Assembly: GCA_965213925.1 (NCBI GenBank)
Contig: OZ243927.1
Location: 3,904,001-3,968,000, forward strand
Direction of reading: 5' to 3'
DNA from: Trueperaceae bacterium
GTDB lineage: Bacteria > Deinococcota > Deinococci > Deinococcales > Trueperaceae
Length of the DNA: 64,000 bases
In this document: in pieces, positions 39,619 through 49,992 of the stretch
Numbering within the stretch: position 1 is the stretch's first letter
How the letters are laid out: each line of letters starts with the position of its first letter
Translations under genes and position numbers: made by a program
Notes under the pieces: generated by a model
What the model saw: the letters and a program-made list of their open reading frames with translations, nothing else
The model's database searches: none
Told to the model about the DNA's origin: nothing

Positions 39619-42278
39619 ACGCTTCTTACCGCTTGCAACTCACGCCGGATTTCACGTTTGAGGATGTCCGCGCCCTCTTGCCCTACTTCCAAAAACTCGG
39701 CGTCTCGCACCTCTACCTCTCCCCTATCACCGAAGCGCGGCAGGGCAGCACGCACGGCTACGACGTCATCAACCACAACCAGATTCGTGAGGCGTTCGGC
39801 GGGGCGGAAGGCTTTGAGCGCTTGCGCGAAGAGGCGCGGGCGCACGGGCTCTCCTTCATCCTCGACTACGTCCCGAACCACGCAGGCGTCGGACCGCGCA
39901 ACGTCTACTGGCAAGACGTCTTGGCGTACGGTCCCAACTCCGCGCACGCGGACTTTTTCGACATCGACTGGACGCCTGTCAAACCGGAGCTACAAAATAA
40001 GGTCCTGCTACCCTTCTTAGGGAGCCCTTACGGGGATGTGCTGGACGGCGGCGAACTTGGGTTAGCCTATGACGGCGGACGCTTCTACGCGACCTACTAC
40101 GACAACCGCTTCGCGCTCTACCCCGGCTCGTACGCCCAGATTTTAGAGCGGATGCTGCCCTCGTTCGAGCGCACCGAGCGCTATTTCGACCTCAAGGATT
40201 TGACGGACGACTACGCCTCCTTGGAGCCGAGCCAGCGCGACCGGGCGGAAGGCTTGCGCGTCCGCCTCTCAGCGTTGGCGGAGCAGATCGACTTCGGGGC
40301 GAACTTGCCGACGTTGGAGACGGGCGAGATGCATGACCTCCTAGAAGGGCAGTTCTTCCGGCTTTCCTACTGGCAGACCGCCGGGAGCGAGATCAACTAC
40401 CGCCGCTTCTTCGACATCAACGAGCTTGTGGGTCTCCGCATGGAGTCGCCCGAAGTCTTCTGGGACGCGCACCGCACTTTGGGCGAACTCCTGGTGAAAG
40501 AGGGCATGGACGGCGTCAGGATTGACCATATCGACGGGCTTTTCGACCCGCATGGTTATTTGGAGAGGTTAAAGGCGCTGGGCTCGAGAAACGTCTGGGT
40601 AGAGAAAATCCTGGCGCACGGCGAGGTCTTGCCCGAAGCGTGGCCCGCCCAAGGCACCTCGGGCTACGAATTTATGAACGACGCGATGGGCGTCTTGCTC
40701 TATCAGGAGGGAGAATTGTCCGTTATGCGGGCGTACCGCCGCTTTTTAGGCGACTTCACGCCCTTCGAAGAAGAGGTCCACGGCGCTAAGCGTTTAGTTA
40801 TGGAAACGAGCTTGGCGGGCGAACTCTCGCGCTTGGCGGGCGAACTCAACGAGCTTTCGGAGGCGGATTATCACACCAGGGATTTCACCTTAGACTCGCT
40901 GCAAGAGGCGCTAGCCGAAGTCATCGCCGCCTTCCCGCGCTACCGGACGTACTTACCGTTCGACAAAGATGAAGCGAAAGAGATCGTGCGCGAAGCCGTG
41001 CAGAGCGCCAAACGCCGCAACCTAGCCGCCGAGCTGTCCGTCTACGACTTCATCGAGCGCAGCTTGATCGGGGACGTCAAAGAGGATTTGCGCGGCGCGC
41101 AAGACGCCTTTATCGGACGCTTTCAGCAGTACACCGCGCCCGTGACCGCCAAAGGCATCGAAGACACGACCTTCTACCGCTACATCCCGCTGGTTGCCTT
41201 AAACGAAGTCGGCGGCGAGCCCGAGCACTTCGGGACGGACGCGCACGGCTTTCACTCGAGGGCAAGATTTCGCGCCTACCGCTACCCCGACAACCTCTTG
41301 GCGACGGCGACCCACGACCACAAGCGCGGCGAGGATACGCGGATGCGCCTCATTGCGTTGGCGGAGCACACGGACGCCTGGGAAGAGGTCTTGAGCGCGC
41401 TCAACAACAGGGCACAAGAACTCAGGCAAGGGCGAACGGAGACGATTCCCTTTCAACAGTCGGTCACGAAAAACGACGCCTACTTGTTCTATCAACTGCT
41501 GCTTGCGCTCTGGGTGGACGAAGAGCCGAATTCTTTGGCGGAACGCCTAGAAGCGTACATGGAGAAAGCCGTGCGCGAAGCGAAGGTCAACTCGTCGTGG
41601 CTCAATCCAAACGGCGGGTACGAGGAAGAACTGAAGACCTTCGTGCGCGAAATGACCACCGACGAAGAGGTGGCGCAAATCATCGAACCTCTCGCCCAGG
41701 ACCTCGCCAAAGACGGCTTTTTGAACGGCGTGTCGCAGCTCATCCTCAAGCTCACTACCCCCGGCGTCCCCGACTTCTACCAGGGGACCGAACTCCTAGA
41801 CCTCTCGCTCGTGGACCCCGACAACCGCCGCCCGGTGGATTATGAGGAGAGGAACGCCCTGTTAGATGAGATGGCTCCGCTCTTCGAGAACCCGGACGCG
41901 GACACGCTGCACGGTTGGCTTAGGGAGCAGAAGCCCAGGGCTAAACTCTACGTCATGGCGCAACTTCTCGAGCTGCGCGGTGAGCAGGCGTCTCTCTTCA
42001 GAGGGGATTACCGAGACTTGGACGTAACGGGCGAAGGCTGCGAATTCTTCCTAGCGTTCATGCGCGAAGCTGAGGACAACGCGCTTTTAGTCGTCGTGCC
42101 GCGTTTTCCAGCAATGAGGGCGGAGCAGGATTTGAGCGGCGTCAAGGTCGTCATACCCGAGGACATGCGCGGCAGAGGGTGGCGGGGCGTGCTCTCTGGC
42201 GCAGACATGCAGATAGGAGAAACCCTCAATCCCAACGACTTACCTCTTCCTTTCTCTGTACTGGTTAGTTTGACTTAG
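39615..42278 (+). CDS. treY: Malto-oligosyltrehalose synthase
   Basis: YRLQL, GSTHGYDV, INYRRFFDINEL, RIDHIDGL, THDHKRGED, PGVPDFYQG. Confidence 0.95.
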   Translation: MNASYRLQLTPDFTFEDVRALLPYFQKLGVSHLYLSPITEARQGSTHGYDVINHNQIREAFGGAEGFERLREEARAHGLSFILDYVPNHAGVGPRNVYWQDVLAYGPNSAHADFFDIDWTPVKPELQNKVLLPFLGSPYGDVLDGGELGLAYDGGRFYATYYDNRFALYPGSYAQILERMLPSFERTERYFDLKDLTDDYASLEPSQRDRAEGLRVRLSALAEQIDFGANLPTLETGEMHDLLEGQFFRLSYWQTAGSEINYRRFFDINELVGLRMESPEVFWDAHRTLGELLVKEGMDGVRIDHIDGLFDPHGYLERLKALGSRNVWVEKILAHGEVLPEAWPAQGTSGYEFMNDAMGVLLYQEGELSVMRAYRRFLGDFTPFEEEVHGAKRLVMETSLAGELSRLAGELNELSEADYHTRDFTLDSLQEALAEVIAAFPRYRTYLPFDKDEAKEIVREAVQSAKRRNLAAELSVYDFIERSLIGDVKEDLRGAQDAFIGRFQQYTAPVTAKGIEDTTFYRYIPLVALNEVGGEPEHFGTDAHGFHSRARFRAYRYPDNLLATATHDHKRGEDTRMRLIALAEHTDAWEEVLSALNNRAQELRQGRTETIPFQQSVTKNDAYLFYQLLLALWVDEEPNSLAERLEAYMEKAVREAKVNSSWLNPNGGYEEELKTFVREMTTDEEVAQIIEPLAQDLAKDGFLNGVSQLILKLTTPGVPDFYQGTELLDLSLVDPDNRRPVDYEERNALLDEMAPLFENPDADTLHGWLREQKPRAKLYVMAQLLELRGEQASLFRGDYRDLDVTGEGCEFFLAFMREAEDNALLVVVPRFPAMRAEQDLSGVKVVIPEDMRGRGWRGVLSGADMQIGETLNPNDLPLPFSVLVSLT

Positions 42279-42530
42279 CCGTTTGGAGCGCCTCGAGCGG
42301 TTGAGCGGCAAGAAACTGGTGTCAAAGCAAGGGTTTCAACCCCTTGTTCACTACGTTGAGACAGCAGAGGGAGTACACAACAGCACTCGACTTAGAACCA
42401 CTACGGGAGGTTGCAAGGTGAGCTTGCAACCTCTTATTTCGTAGAGGCGCACCAACTTAACGACTCGAGCAGTGTTCCCCTTCAACCTATAGCGAGGTAT
42501 CTGCAAGAGTTCACACGAGTACCATAAGGC

Positions 42531-44612
42531 ATGGCTCAACTCAGCGGACATCCTTTAGATTCAGCGCTCACAGGTAAACTCCCGAGTTTCATCACAGGTG
42601 AGTGGCAAGAGGGCGCGGGCGACGGCGTGGAGGTAGTAGACGCGGTCTACGGCGAGAGCGTTACCCACCTCACGACAGACGGTTTGGACGTTGCAGGCGC
42701 ACTCCACTACGCCAGAGACGTCGGCGGTCCCAACTTGCGCCGCCAGACCTTCCACGAACGCGCCCTTATTCTCAAAGAACTCGCCAAACACCTCATGAGC
42801 GTCAAAGAGCGCTTTTACGAAGTCTCATTCAAAACGGGGACGACGCGGCGTGACGGCTGGATCGACATCGAGGGGGGCATCGGAACGCTCTTCGCGTACT
42901 CGAGCCTCGTCCGCCGCGAATTCCCCAACGAAACCCTTTTAACCGAAGGTCCAGCGCTACCTCTATCCAAAGACGGCACCTTCACGGCGCGTCACCTCTT
43001 GACGCCGAAAGAGGGCGCGGCGGTGCACATCAACGCTTTCAACTTTCCCTGTTGGGGAATGTTGGAGAAGCTCGCGCCGACCTTCCTCGCTGGCGTCCCG
43101 GCGGTCATTAAACCCGCGCCGCAGACCTCTTATCTTGCAGTGGCGATGTTTCAGGAGATGCTGGCGGCGAACCTCTTGCCGGAGGGGTCTGTACAACTTC
43201 TCGCGGGTGACATCGTGGACTTCTTGCCGCATCTCAACGAGCAAGACGCCGTGACCTTTACAGGCTCCGCCGAAACGGGCAAGAAACTGAAAGCACATCC
43301 GAACGTGATTGACAAAGCGGTGCCGTTTACACTCGAGGCGGATTCCTTAAACGCCTGCATCTTGGGCGAAAGCGTCCAGCCCGGCGACGAGGAATTTGGA
43401 CTGTTTATCAAAGAGGTCTCGAGGGAGATAACGGTCAAGGCGGGACAGAAGTGCACCGCGATTCGCCGCGTCATCGTACCGAGGGATAAGGTGGAGGCGG
43501 TGACGAAAGCGCTCGGTCAGCGTCTTAGCAGTGTGACGATGGGCAACCCTGAGCGCGACGAGGTGCGCATGGGTCCGCTGGTGAGTGCGGAACAGCGCGA
43601 AGAGGTGGGGCGGAGTGTGGAGCGGCTGCGCACCTCTTGTGAGGTAGTGTTCGAGGGAGGGCTCGAGCTGCACGGCGGCGACCCTGAGAAAGGCGGCTTT
43701 TACCCGCCGACGCTACTCTACTGTGAGGACCCATTGAACGCTCGAGAGCCTCACGAAGTCGAAGCCTTCGGACCCGTCGCTACGCTCATGTCGTACGAAA
43801 CGCTGGAGGAAGCGGGCGCACTCGCCAAACGCGGGCGCGGCTCGCTCGTCGCCTCCGTCATCACACATGACCGCGAAGAGGCGCGGCGGCTCGTGCTGGG
43901 CGTAGCGTCGCATCACGGACGAATCTTGGTCCTCAACCGCGAGAACGCCGCCTCGTCCACTGGACACGGCTCACCGCTCCCTTACCTCGTCCACGGCGGA
44001 CCCGGACGCGCGGGCGGCGGCGAAGAACTCGGCGGCGCCCGCTCCATCAAACACTTCATGCAGCGCACCGCCGTTCAAGCCGACCCGACGACGCTCATGA
44101 GTGTGACGAAGGAGTATGTAGCGGGCGCACAGACGGTGCATGACGAGGTACACCCCTTCCGCAAGCGGTTCGAAGATCTCTCCATCGGCGAAACCTACCT
44201 CACGCACCGCCGCACTGTGACAGAAGCGGACATCGTCAACTTCGCCAACGTGAGCGGCGACTACTTCTATGCCCACGTAGACGAGCTTGCCGCGAAGGAC
44301 TCCTTGTTCGAAAAGCGCGTGGCGCACGGCTACTTCTTAGTGTCGATGGCGGCGGGTTTATTCGTCGACCCGAGACCAGGTCCCGTTTTGGCGAATTACG
44401 GTTTAGATCACCTACGTTTTATTGAACCTGTCGGTATCGGCGACACCATCCAAGCGCAACTCACTGTGAAGCAGAAGATTAAAAAGGACAAACGCGACGA
44501 CGATAAATATGCGGCGGGCGTGGTGGCGTGGGACGTGCGGCTCACCAATCAGCACGGCGAGGCGGTGGCGCTTTACACGATTCTAACGCTGGTGCAGCGT
44601 GAAGAGGACTGA
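42531..44612 (+). CDS. paaZ: Phenylacetate degradation bifunctional aldehyde dehydrogenase / MaoC hydratase
   Basis: HINAFNFPCWGMLEK, EADSLN, KAGQKCTAIRR, HGGPGRAGGGEE; C-terminal MaoC domain. Confidence 0.95.
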   Translation: MAQLSGHPLDSALTGKLPSFITGEWQEGAGDGVEVVDAVYGESVTHLTTDGLDVAGALHYARDVGGPNLRRQTFHERALILKELAKHLMSVKERFYEVSFKTGTTRRDGWIDIEGGIGTLFAYSSLVRREFPNETLLTEGPALPLSKDGTFTARHLLTPKEGAAVHINAFNFPCWGMLEKLAPTFLAGVPAVIKPAPQTSYLAVAMFQEMLAANLLPEGSVQLLAGDIVDFLPHLNEQDAVTFTGSAETGKKLKAHPNVIDKAVPFTLEADSLNACILGESVQPGDEEFGLFIKEVSREITVKAGQKCTAIRRVIVPRDKVEAVTKALGQRLSSVTMGNPERDEVRMGPLVSAEQREEVGRSVERLRTSCEVVFEGGLELHGGDPEKGGFYPPTLLYCEDPLNAREPHEVEAFGPVATLMSYETLEEAGALAKRGRGSLVASVITHDREEARRLVLGVASHHGRILVLNRENAASSTGHGSPLPYLVHGGPGRAGGGEELGGARSIKHFMQRTAVQADPTTLMSVTKEYVAGAQTVHDEVHPFRKRFEDLSIGETYLTHRRTVTEADIVNFANVSGDYFYAHVDELAAKDSLFEKRVAHGYFLVSMAAGLFVDPRPGPVLANYGLDHLRFIEPVGIGDTIQAQLTVKQKIKKDKRDDDKYAAGVVAWDVRLTNQHGEAVALYTILTLVQREED

Positions 44613-44914
44613 GCGCGGGGTTAATGGACTCGAGCCAAACCGACGAGCCAGACCCGCAACGCTGGCACGTACACATGGGTTTTCACACAAGCGGCATCAC
44701 CAAGAACATCGCCGACGACAACGTGGGAGAGGTTGTTTACAGGAAGATGCTTTGAGGGACCGAAAGCCCAAAACACTTCTTTCTTTCAGAAGGCAGAAAA
44801 GCGCTTCTGTCACACTAAACGTGGACCATAAATACACGAAGTGGCTTCACATCGCAATGAAATGTTCCTCATCCTCTGGTATTGTGATACACCAACCTGG
44901 TACAGTGATACTCC

Positions 44915-45511
44915 ATGAGCCTAGACCGAGGATTAGTCGGACCGAAACTCAATACACGTGGGGCTCGAGGTGACGCGGGCATCGAGGCGGTGGTCTCGCT
45001 GCTCGACCTCAAACACGACGAGAAGGTGAGGGGAATATGGGCGGCGCTAGAACGCGAGTTCGGGCTGCGCAGCATCTACAGCGCGCCCTTTCCGCACTTC
45101 TCGTATCACGGCGCGAACGACTTCGACGACGAGCGTGTCCGCTCGCTCCTAGAGCGCGTCGCTGAGGAGGGGCGTCCCTTCCACATCCGCACTGCCGGGC
45201 TCGGTATCTTCCCCGGTCCTAAACCGATCGTCTATATTCCTGTGGTGCGCAGCCCCAAGCTCGTTCACTATCACTGCAAACTTTATGGCGACCTCTCCGG
45301 CCTCGCCAAGAGGCCTAACCCGCTCTATCACCCCGAACGGTGGCTTCCGCACATCACGCTCGCCCACGGCGACCTCACGCCCGAATTACTTCCCGACGTA
45401 GTGCGCTTTTTGAACGAGGACACCTTCGCGTGGACCGCGACGATTGACAATTTTTCGCTTGTTTATACCGAAGGGGTGGACCAGGGGCTGAGCTTTCGGG
45501 TCGAGCTTTAA
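44915..45511 (+). CDS. 2H phosphoesterase (2'-5' RNA ligase family)
   Basis: Two HxS/T motifs, PHFSY and PHITL; start uncertain. Confidence 0.8.
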   Translation: MSLDRGLVGPKLNTRGARGDAGIEAVVSLLDLKHDEKVRGIWAALEREFGLRSIYSAPFPHFSYHGANDFDDERVRSLLERVAEEGRPFHIRTAGLGIFPGPKPIVYIPVVRSPKLVHYHCKLYGDLSGLAKRPNPLYHPERWLPHITLAHGDLTPELLPDVVRFLNEDTFAWTATIDNFSLVYTEGVDQGLSFRVEL

Positions 45512-45549
45512 GGGGCTCGAGAAGATGGATGCCCATAACCTCTTTAGCG

Positions 45550-46071
45550 TCACGACTTGTTTGGGGGCGAATCAGAAATTTTGGACCAGCCATACGCGAC
45601 TTCGGTCAAGGTTGCGCCCATCATCGTGATTGTTTTGCGCTCGTGGAGTTCGCCGCCTAGATGCTCGTAGAAACCCCTCGTCGGGTTATCCTCCAAAACC
45701 CATAACCGCATGGCGTCATGACCCGCCGCTTTTAACGAGCGCATGGCTGCCCGGAAAAGCGCCCTACCGTAGCCACGCCCGTGAAACTCTCTCAAGAGAT
45801 AGATCGCGTAGAGTTCGCCCGTGTAGTGCGCGTGGTTCTCCCGCTCCGGTCCGACCGCTGTGAAACCGACGACGTCGCCCTCGTGTTCATAAACGAGTAG
45901 AGAGGGTGCGCTCCCCTCGCCGAGCGCCCTGCGCCACATCGCCGCTCGTTCGTCCTCCGAGAGGTTATCCAGCACTTCCTGTGGAATGAGCCTGGCGTAA
46001 GTTTCTCGCCAGGCGTCCACGTGAACGCGGGCGACGCTGAGAACATCCGCTTGCGTCGCAGGTCTTGTCAT
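45550..46071 (-). CDS. GNAT N-acetyltransferase
   Basis: ELYAIYL..FHGRGYG..LWVLEDN..FYEHLG. Confidence 0.9.
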   Translation of the reverse strand: MTRPATQADVLSVARVHVDAWRETYARLIPQEVLDNLSEDERAAMWRRALGEGSAPSLLVYEHEGDVVGFTAVGPERENHAHYTGELYAIYLLREFHGRGYGRALFRAAMRSLKAAGHDAMRLWVLEDNPTRGFYEHLGGELHERKTITMMGATLTEVAYGWSKISDSPPNKS

Positions 46072-46094
46072 AGAGGTAGTGTAGCGCTATTTTA

Positions 46095-46152
46095 AGCAAT
46101 GAGTACCGAGCAACGAGTAAAAATCTTTAGACTCATTGCTCACCGTTCGTTC
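46095..46152. repeat. Heptamer (AGCAATG-like) inverted repeat cluster
   Basis: AGCAATGAGTACCGAGCAACGAGT ... ACTCATTGCTC; nearly the reverse complement of 49964-49986. Confidence 0.65.
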
Positions 46153-46319
46153 CCTTCGGGCTAGCGGGAGCGTATGCGACTGTACTGCGTAACCAGCCCT
46201 GTGCCCTGCACAAGCGGGTATGACTGGGTTGCTTTCAACTCGTTACTCTCTAGCTGTCATCCCCCGTTGACGCTAGAGCCGCGTCTTAATGGTAGTCTTA
46301 CACATAGGAGGACGCACCT

Positions 46320-46820
46320 GTGACATTTAGAGTTGGCGACCGCGTGGTCTACCCTTCGCAGGGTGCCGGCACCGTCGAAGAGAAAACTGCCCGCGAAGTA
46401 TTGGGTGAAACCCACGAATATTTGCGTATCAGCTTTATCCGGGGCGAGATGGAGGTTTTAGTCCCCTTAAAGAAAGGGCAAGAGGTAGGTTTGCGGCACA
46501 CGGTTGGCGAGGACGAAGTCGAGCGGCTGCACGGCGAGATCGCCTCGTCTGACCTGTCTTTGCCCACACAGTGGCCCCCGCGCTACCGCGCCGAGCAAGA
46601 TATCCTGTCGAACGGCGACGCTTACGAGCTGGCGCGTCTGATTGGTGTCTTAGCCGAGCGTGACTTGGAGAAGGGTCTAGCCGCCACCGAGCGCGAAGTC
46701 ATGGAAAACGCCAAGACGATGCTCGCCAGCGAATTTGCGGTGGTGCAAGAAACGACGCTCACCCAGGCGAGCCGCAGCATCGAAGAAACCATCGCGACCC
46801 ACATCGAAGCGAACGCCTAA
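46320..46820 (+). CDS. carD: CarD family transcriptional regulator
   Basis: FRVGDRVVYPSQGAG..VGLR..QWPPRYR; AGGAGG SD. Confidence 0.88.
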   Translation: MTFRVGDRVVYPSQGAGTVEEKTAREVLGETHEYLRISFIRGEMEVLVPLKKGQEVGLRHTVGEDEVERLHGEIASSDLSLPTQWPPRYRAEQDILSNGDAYELARLIGVLAERDLEKGLAATEREVMENAKTMLASEFAVVQETTLTQASRSIEETIATHIEANA

Positions 46821-46915
46821 GCGTGCCCTTTGGTGCGCATGAGCCAACGGCGTAGCTTTGCGTCGCCTAGACCCAGCCGCCTCGTGGCGCGCGCAAAGCG
46901 TATAGCCGGCCGAGC

Positions 46916-47749
46916 GTGAGCAGTCCGCCAACCCTCTCCACCCCGAGCGCCGTGAAAGGGCTGCTCACGCGCTACGGTCTTAGGGCAGATAAAAGTTTCG
47001 GTCAAAACTTCTTGGTGGACGGCAACGCGCTCGGCGCGATTGTCGAGGCGGCGAGACTCGAGCCGACCGATACCGTTTTAGAGGTCGGTCCCGGACTCGG
47101 CGTCTTGACCCGCGAACTTGCGCTTAGAGCCAAAGAGGTCGTGAGCGTCGAACTCGACGCGCGCCTGCTGCCTGCGCTAGAAGAGACCCTCGCGCCCGCA
47201 GGCAACGTCACCCTTATTCACGGCGACGGGCTCACCTTCGACTTGCAGACACTTCCTGGAGGGAGCCTGCTCGTCGCCAACTTGCCCTACAACGTCGCGA
47301 CGCCTATTCTCGTTCGCGCCTTGAAGTCGGGGCGCTTTAAGCGGCTCGTTTTTTTAGTGCAAAAAGAGGTGGCGCAGCGGCTCCGCGCGGGACCGGGCGA
47401 GGGCGCGTACGGAGCGCTCAGCCTCATCGTCGCGCACTTCGCGGAAGCCGAAATCGTCCGCGACGTCAAGCCCAGCGCCTTTTTTCCGCCGCCCGAGGTC
47501 ACCAGTAGCGTGGTGCGCTTAGACGTGAGGAACACCCAAAGCGACCCCAAGACGTTCGCGCTCATCCACCACGCCTTTCGCCACCGCCGCAAGACGCTGA
47601 AAAAAAACCTGCTTATGGCGGGCTTTGAGAAAGTGCGTGTGGAGAATGCGGTCGCGGCGCTAGGACTAGACCCGCGCACTCGCGCAGAGATGTTAGATAT
47701 CTCACAGTTCGCTGCGCTAGGGCGCGCCCTTCACGGGGGCGCACCTTAG
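46916..47749 (+). CDS. rsmA: 16S rRNA adenine dimethyltransferase
   Basis: KSFGQNFL, EVGPGLG, ANLPYNV, FRHRRKTL. Confidence 0.95.
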   Translation: MSSPPTLSTPSAVKGLLTRYGLRADKSFGQNFLVDGNALGAIVEAARLEPTDTVLEVGPGLGVLTRELALRAKEVVSVELDARLLPALEETLAPAGNVTLIHGDGLTFDLQTLPGGSLLVANLPYNVATPILVRALKSGRFKRLVFLVQKEVAQRLRAGPGEGAYGALSLIVAHFAEAEIVRDVKPSAFFPPPEVTSSVVRLDVRNTQSDPKTFALIHHAFRHRRKTLKKNLLMAGFEKVRVENAVAALGLDPRTRAEMLDISQFAALGRALHGGAP

Positions 47750-47970
47750 CGCAGTGGGCAAACGCAGCTATTTAGGCTATACTGCGTATAAGCAACGCTT
47801 ATACGAACAGCTGGGGGGAGGGACCTTAAAGCGTGCTATGCGTTAAACTGCGCTTTAGAAATCGCATAATCATGTACAGCGGGTGTCGTAGAGCGCGTAA
47901 GAGAGGTCAGACCGGTCTCGAACATTTTGAGAGCTGTTAAGATAAACGTAAAGAGACGTGGGAGAGGTGA

Positions 47971-48948
47971 ATGGCTAAGTTTTTCGTCATCGGCGACGTG
48001 AGCGTTGACCAGATGTACTTCGTTGAGGGCTTACCCGAACTCGGGGGCGAGGTCTCGGCTGAGCGCGCCCAGATGGAGCCAGGCGGCGCGGGTGGCACCG
48101 TCGCGGCGGTGCTCGCGCGGCTCGGCAACGAGGTATCGTTGGCAGCTAGGGTAGGCGAAGGACCCTTCTCGGACTTAGCCCTCAAATACGTCAAAAAAGC
48201 AGGCGTGGACACGCACCTCGTCCAGCTCGACGCGGCGCTACAAACGAGCAGCGTAACCCTGCTCGTCACCCCCGACACGCAGCGCACCATGATCAGCGCG
48301 GGCGGCGCGAGCCGCGACTTAGACGTTGCGGCCTTTAGCGAGGACCAAATCGCAGCGTGCGACGCGCTCGTCGTCAGCGCCTACAGCCTCATCAGCGGTC
48401 CGCAGCGCGAGTACGCGGTGCGGGCGCTCGGAGCCGCTAAAAAGGCGCGGCTCACCACCTTCATCGATATGGGCTCGGGCGCGGTCAATGCGCTTAAAGA
48501 GCGTCTTATCCCCACCGTACAGGGCGTGGACTACCTCATCATGAATCAGCAAGAACTCTACACGCTGACCGACGAAAGCTCGATCTCCGAAGCGGTGGCG
48601 GGGCTCGCCGAGCGCGGGGTCGAGCGCATCTTGGTCAAACTCGGCGAGATGGGCTCGATGGTCATCACGCCCGAGCTGACCGAACTCATCGAGGCGTTAG
48701 AGATCGACGAGGTCGTCGAATCGACGGGCGCGGGCGACTACTACACGGCCGCGTTTGCGCACGGCATCATGGCGGGCTACGACATCTACTACGCCGCTAA
48801 GCTCGGCAACATCGCGGGTGCGCTCAACGTCACCTCGGTGGGCGCGCAAAGCTGCGTCTTTGACGCAAAAACGCTCGAGTCTCACGCCCAGGAAAAAGCG
48901 CCGGGCAGCGCGTCAGAAAACCCTAAAGTCAAGCAGATAGCCGACTAG
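47971..48948 (+). CDS. PfkB/ribokinase family carbohydrate kinase
   Basis: GGAGG..A..LARLG and ESTGAGDYY signatures. Confidence 0.9.
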   Translation: MAKFFVIGDVSVDQMYFVEGLPELGGEVSAERAQMEPGGAGGTVAAVLARLGNEVSLAARVGEGPFSDLALKYVKKAGVDTHLVQLDAALQTSSVTLLVTPDTQRTMISAGGASRDLDVAAFSEDQIAACDALVVSAYSLISGPQREYAVRALGAAKKARLTTFIDMGSGAVNALKERLIPTVQGVDYLIMNQQELYTLTDESSISEAVAGLAERGVERILVKLGEMGSMVITPELTELIEALEIDEVVESTGAGDYYTAAFAHGIMAGYDIYYAAKLGNIAGALNVTSVGAQSCVFDAKTLESHAQEKAPGSASENPKVKQIAD

Positions 48949-48978
48949 TCACTGCCTACTTATGCGTTACATTGAGGT

Positions 48979-49935
48979 GTGATTACCCTAAACACCGTAA
49001 AGCACCTGATTCAGTGCGGGCTCGCGTTGGGCGTCTTTTTAAGCGCCTCCGCGCTCGCGCAAGCAGCGTATGAAACGCGCTTCGATACCGCCTGGCAGCT
49101 CGTCGAGGAGCGCTACTGGGACCGCGACTTCGGCGGTAACGACTGGGATGAGGTTCGCACTGAGTACGAGCCGAGAGCCCTTGCAGCCGACAACGAACGC
49201 GAGTTTTATGGCGTCCTAGCGGACATGTACGAAGAACTCGGCGATAACCATTCCGTTTTCGTGCCGCCTAACCGCGTAGACCAGATTCGCGCTGAATACG
49301 GCGACTTGCCCTGTTTAGGCGTGTTCGGACAGGTCTTGGAGCCGCAAGGCACCGAGCAGCGCGGGCGGGTCAGCTACACACTCCTAGAGGACAACATCGG
49401 CTACATCCGCGTCCCCGACCTGGTCGGTACGGCGAGCGACTTGCGTTCTACCGTGCGGAGTTTACGCGGCGCAGAAAGCCTCATCCTCGACCTGCGCGGC
49501 AACCCTGGTGGCAAACTCGTCGAGATGATGCAGGCGGCAGGCGTTTTTACGAGCGGCTTCTTGTGGCGCACGCTGACCCGCTGGACGCTCCCGCTCCCCT
49601 ATCCTGCGGTGGGCAACACCATTACCGAGCTGCCCCTCGTCGTCCTCATTGACGGAAACGTGAATAGCGCCGCCGAAGGTCTAGCAGGCGCACTCCAAGC
49701 TAAGGGACGCGCCACCGTCATCGGCGAGACAAGCGCGGGCAACGTCGAAGCGGTCTTGCCTTTTTGCCTCCGCGACGGCTCGCAAGCCTGGATCGCGACG
49801 GGCGTCCTAGCGCCCATCGGCGCACCGACCTGGGAAGGGCGCGGCGTGGTGCCAGACATAGAGGTCGCGCCGGATACCGCCTTGGATGAAGCGGTTGCGT
49901 TTTTGAGCGGAGAAGCAATGAGCAATGAGCAATGA
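48979..49935 (+). CDS. S41 family C-terminal processing peptidase
   Basis: Signal peptide; ILDLRGNPGG, SAAE, GRGVVPDI. Confidence 0.88.
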   Translation: MITLNTVKHLIQCGLALGVFLSASALAQAAYETRFDTAWQLVEERYWDRDFGGNDWDEVRTEYEPRALAADNEREFYGVLADMYEELGDNHSVFVPPNRVDQIRAEYGDLPCLGVFGQVLEPQGTEQRGRVSYTLLEDNIGYIRVPDLVGTASDLRSTVRSLRGAESLILDLRGNPGGKLVEMMQAAGVFTSGFLWRTLTRWTLPLPYPAVGNTITELPLVVLIDGNVNSAAEGLAGALQAKGRATVIGETSAGNVEAVLPFCLRDGSQAWIATGVLAPIGAPTWEGRGVVPDIEVAPDTALDEAVAFLSGEAMSNEQ

Positions 49936-49987
49936 GTTGAAAGTAGAAGCCTTTACCTCATTGCTCATTGCTCGGTACTCATTGCTC
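49914..49987. repeat. Tandem heptamer repeats (AGCAATG)n and (CATTGCT)n forming a long hairpin
   Basis: Three direct copies, then inverted copies; the first set encodes the MSNEQ tail and stop of the S41 gene. Confidence 0.75.
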
Positions 49988-49992
49988 TTTTC

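Noticed and set aside
44625..44820. Possible gene remnant after paaZ (MDSSQTDEPDPQRWHVH...)
   Set aside because: Short, interrupted by a stop, and no family recognised.
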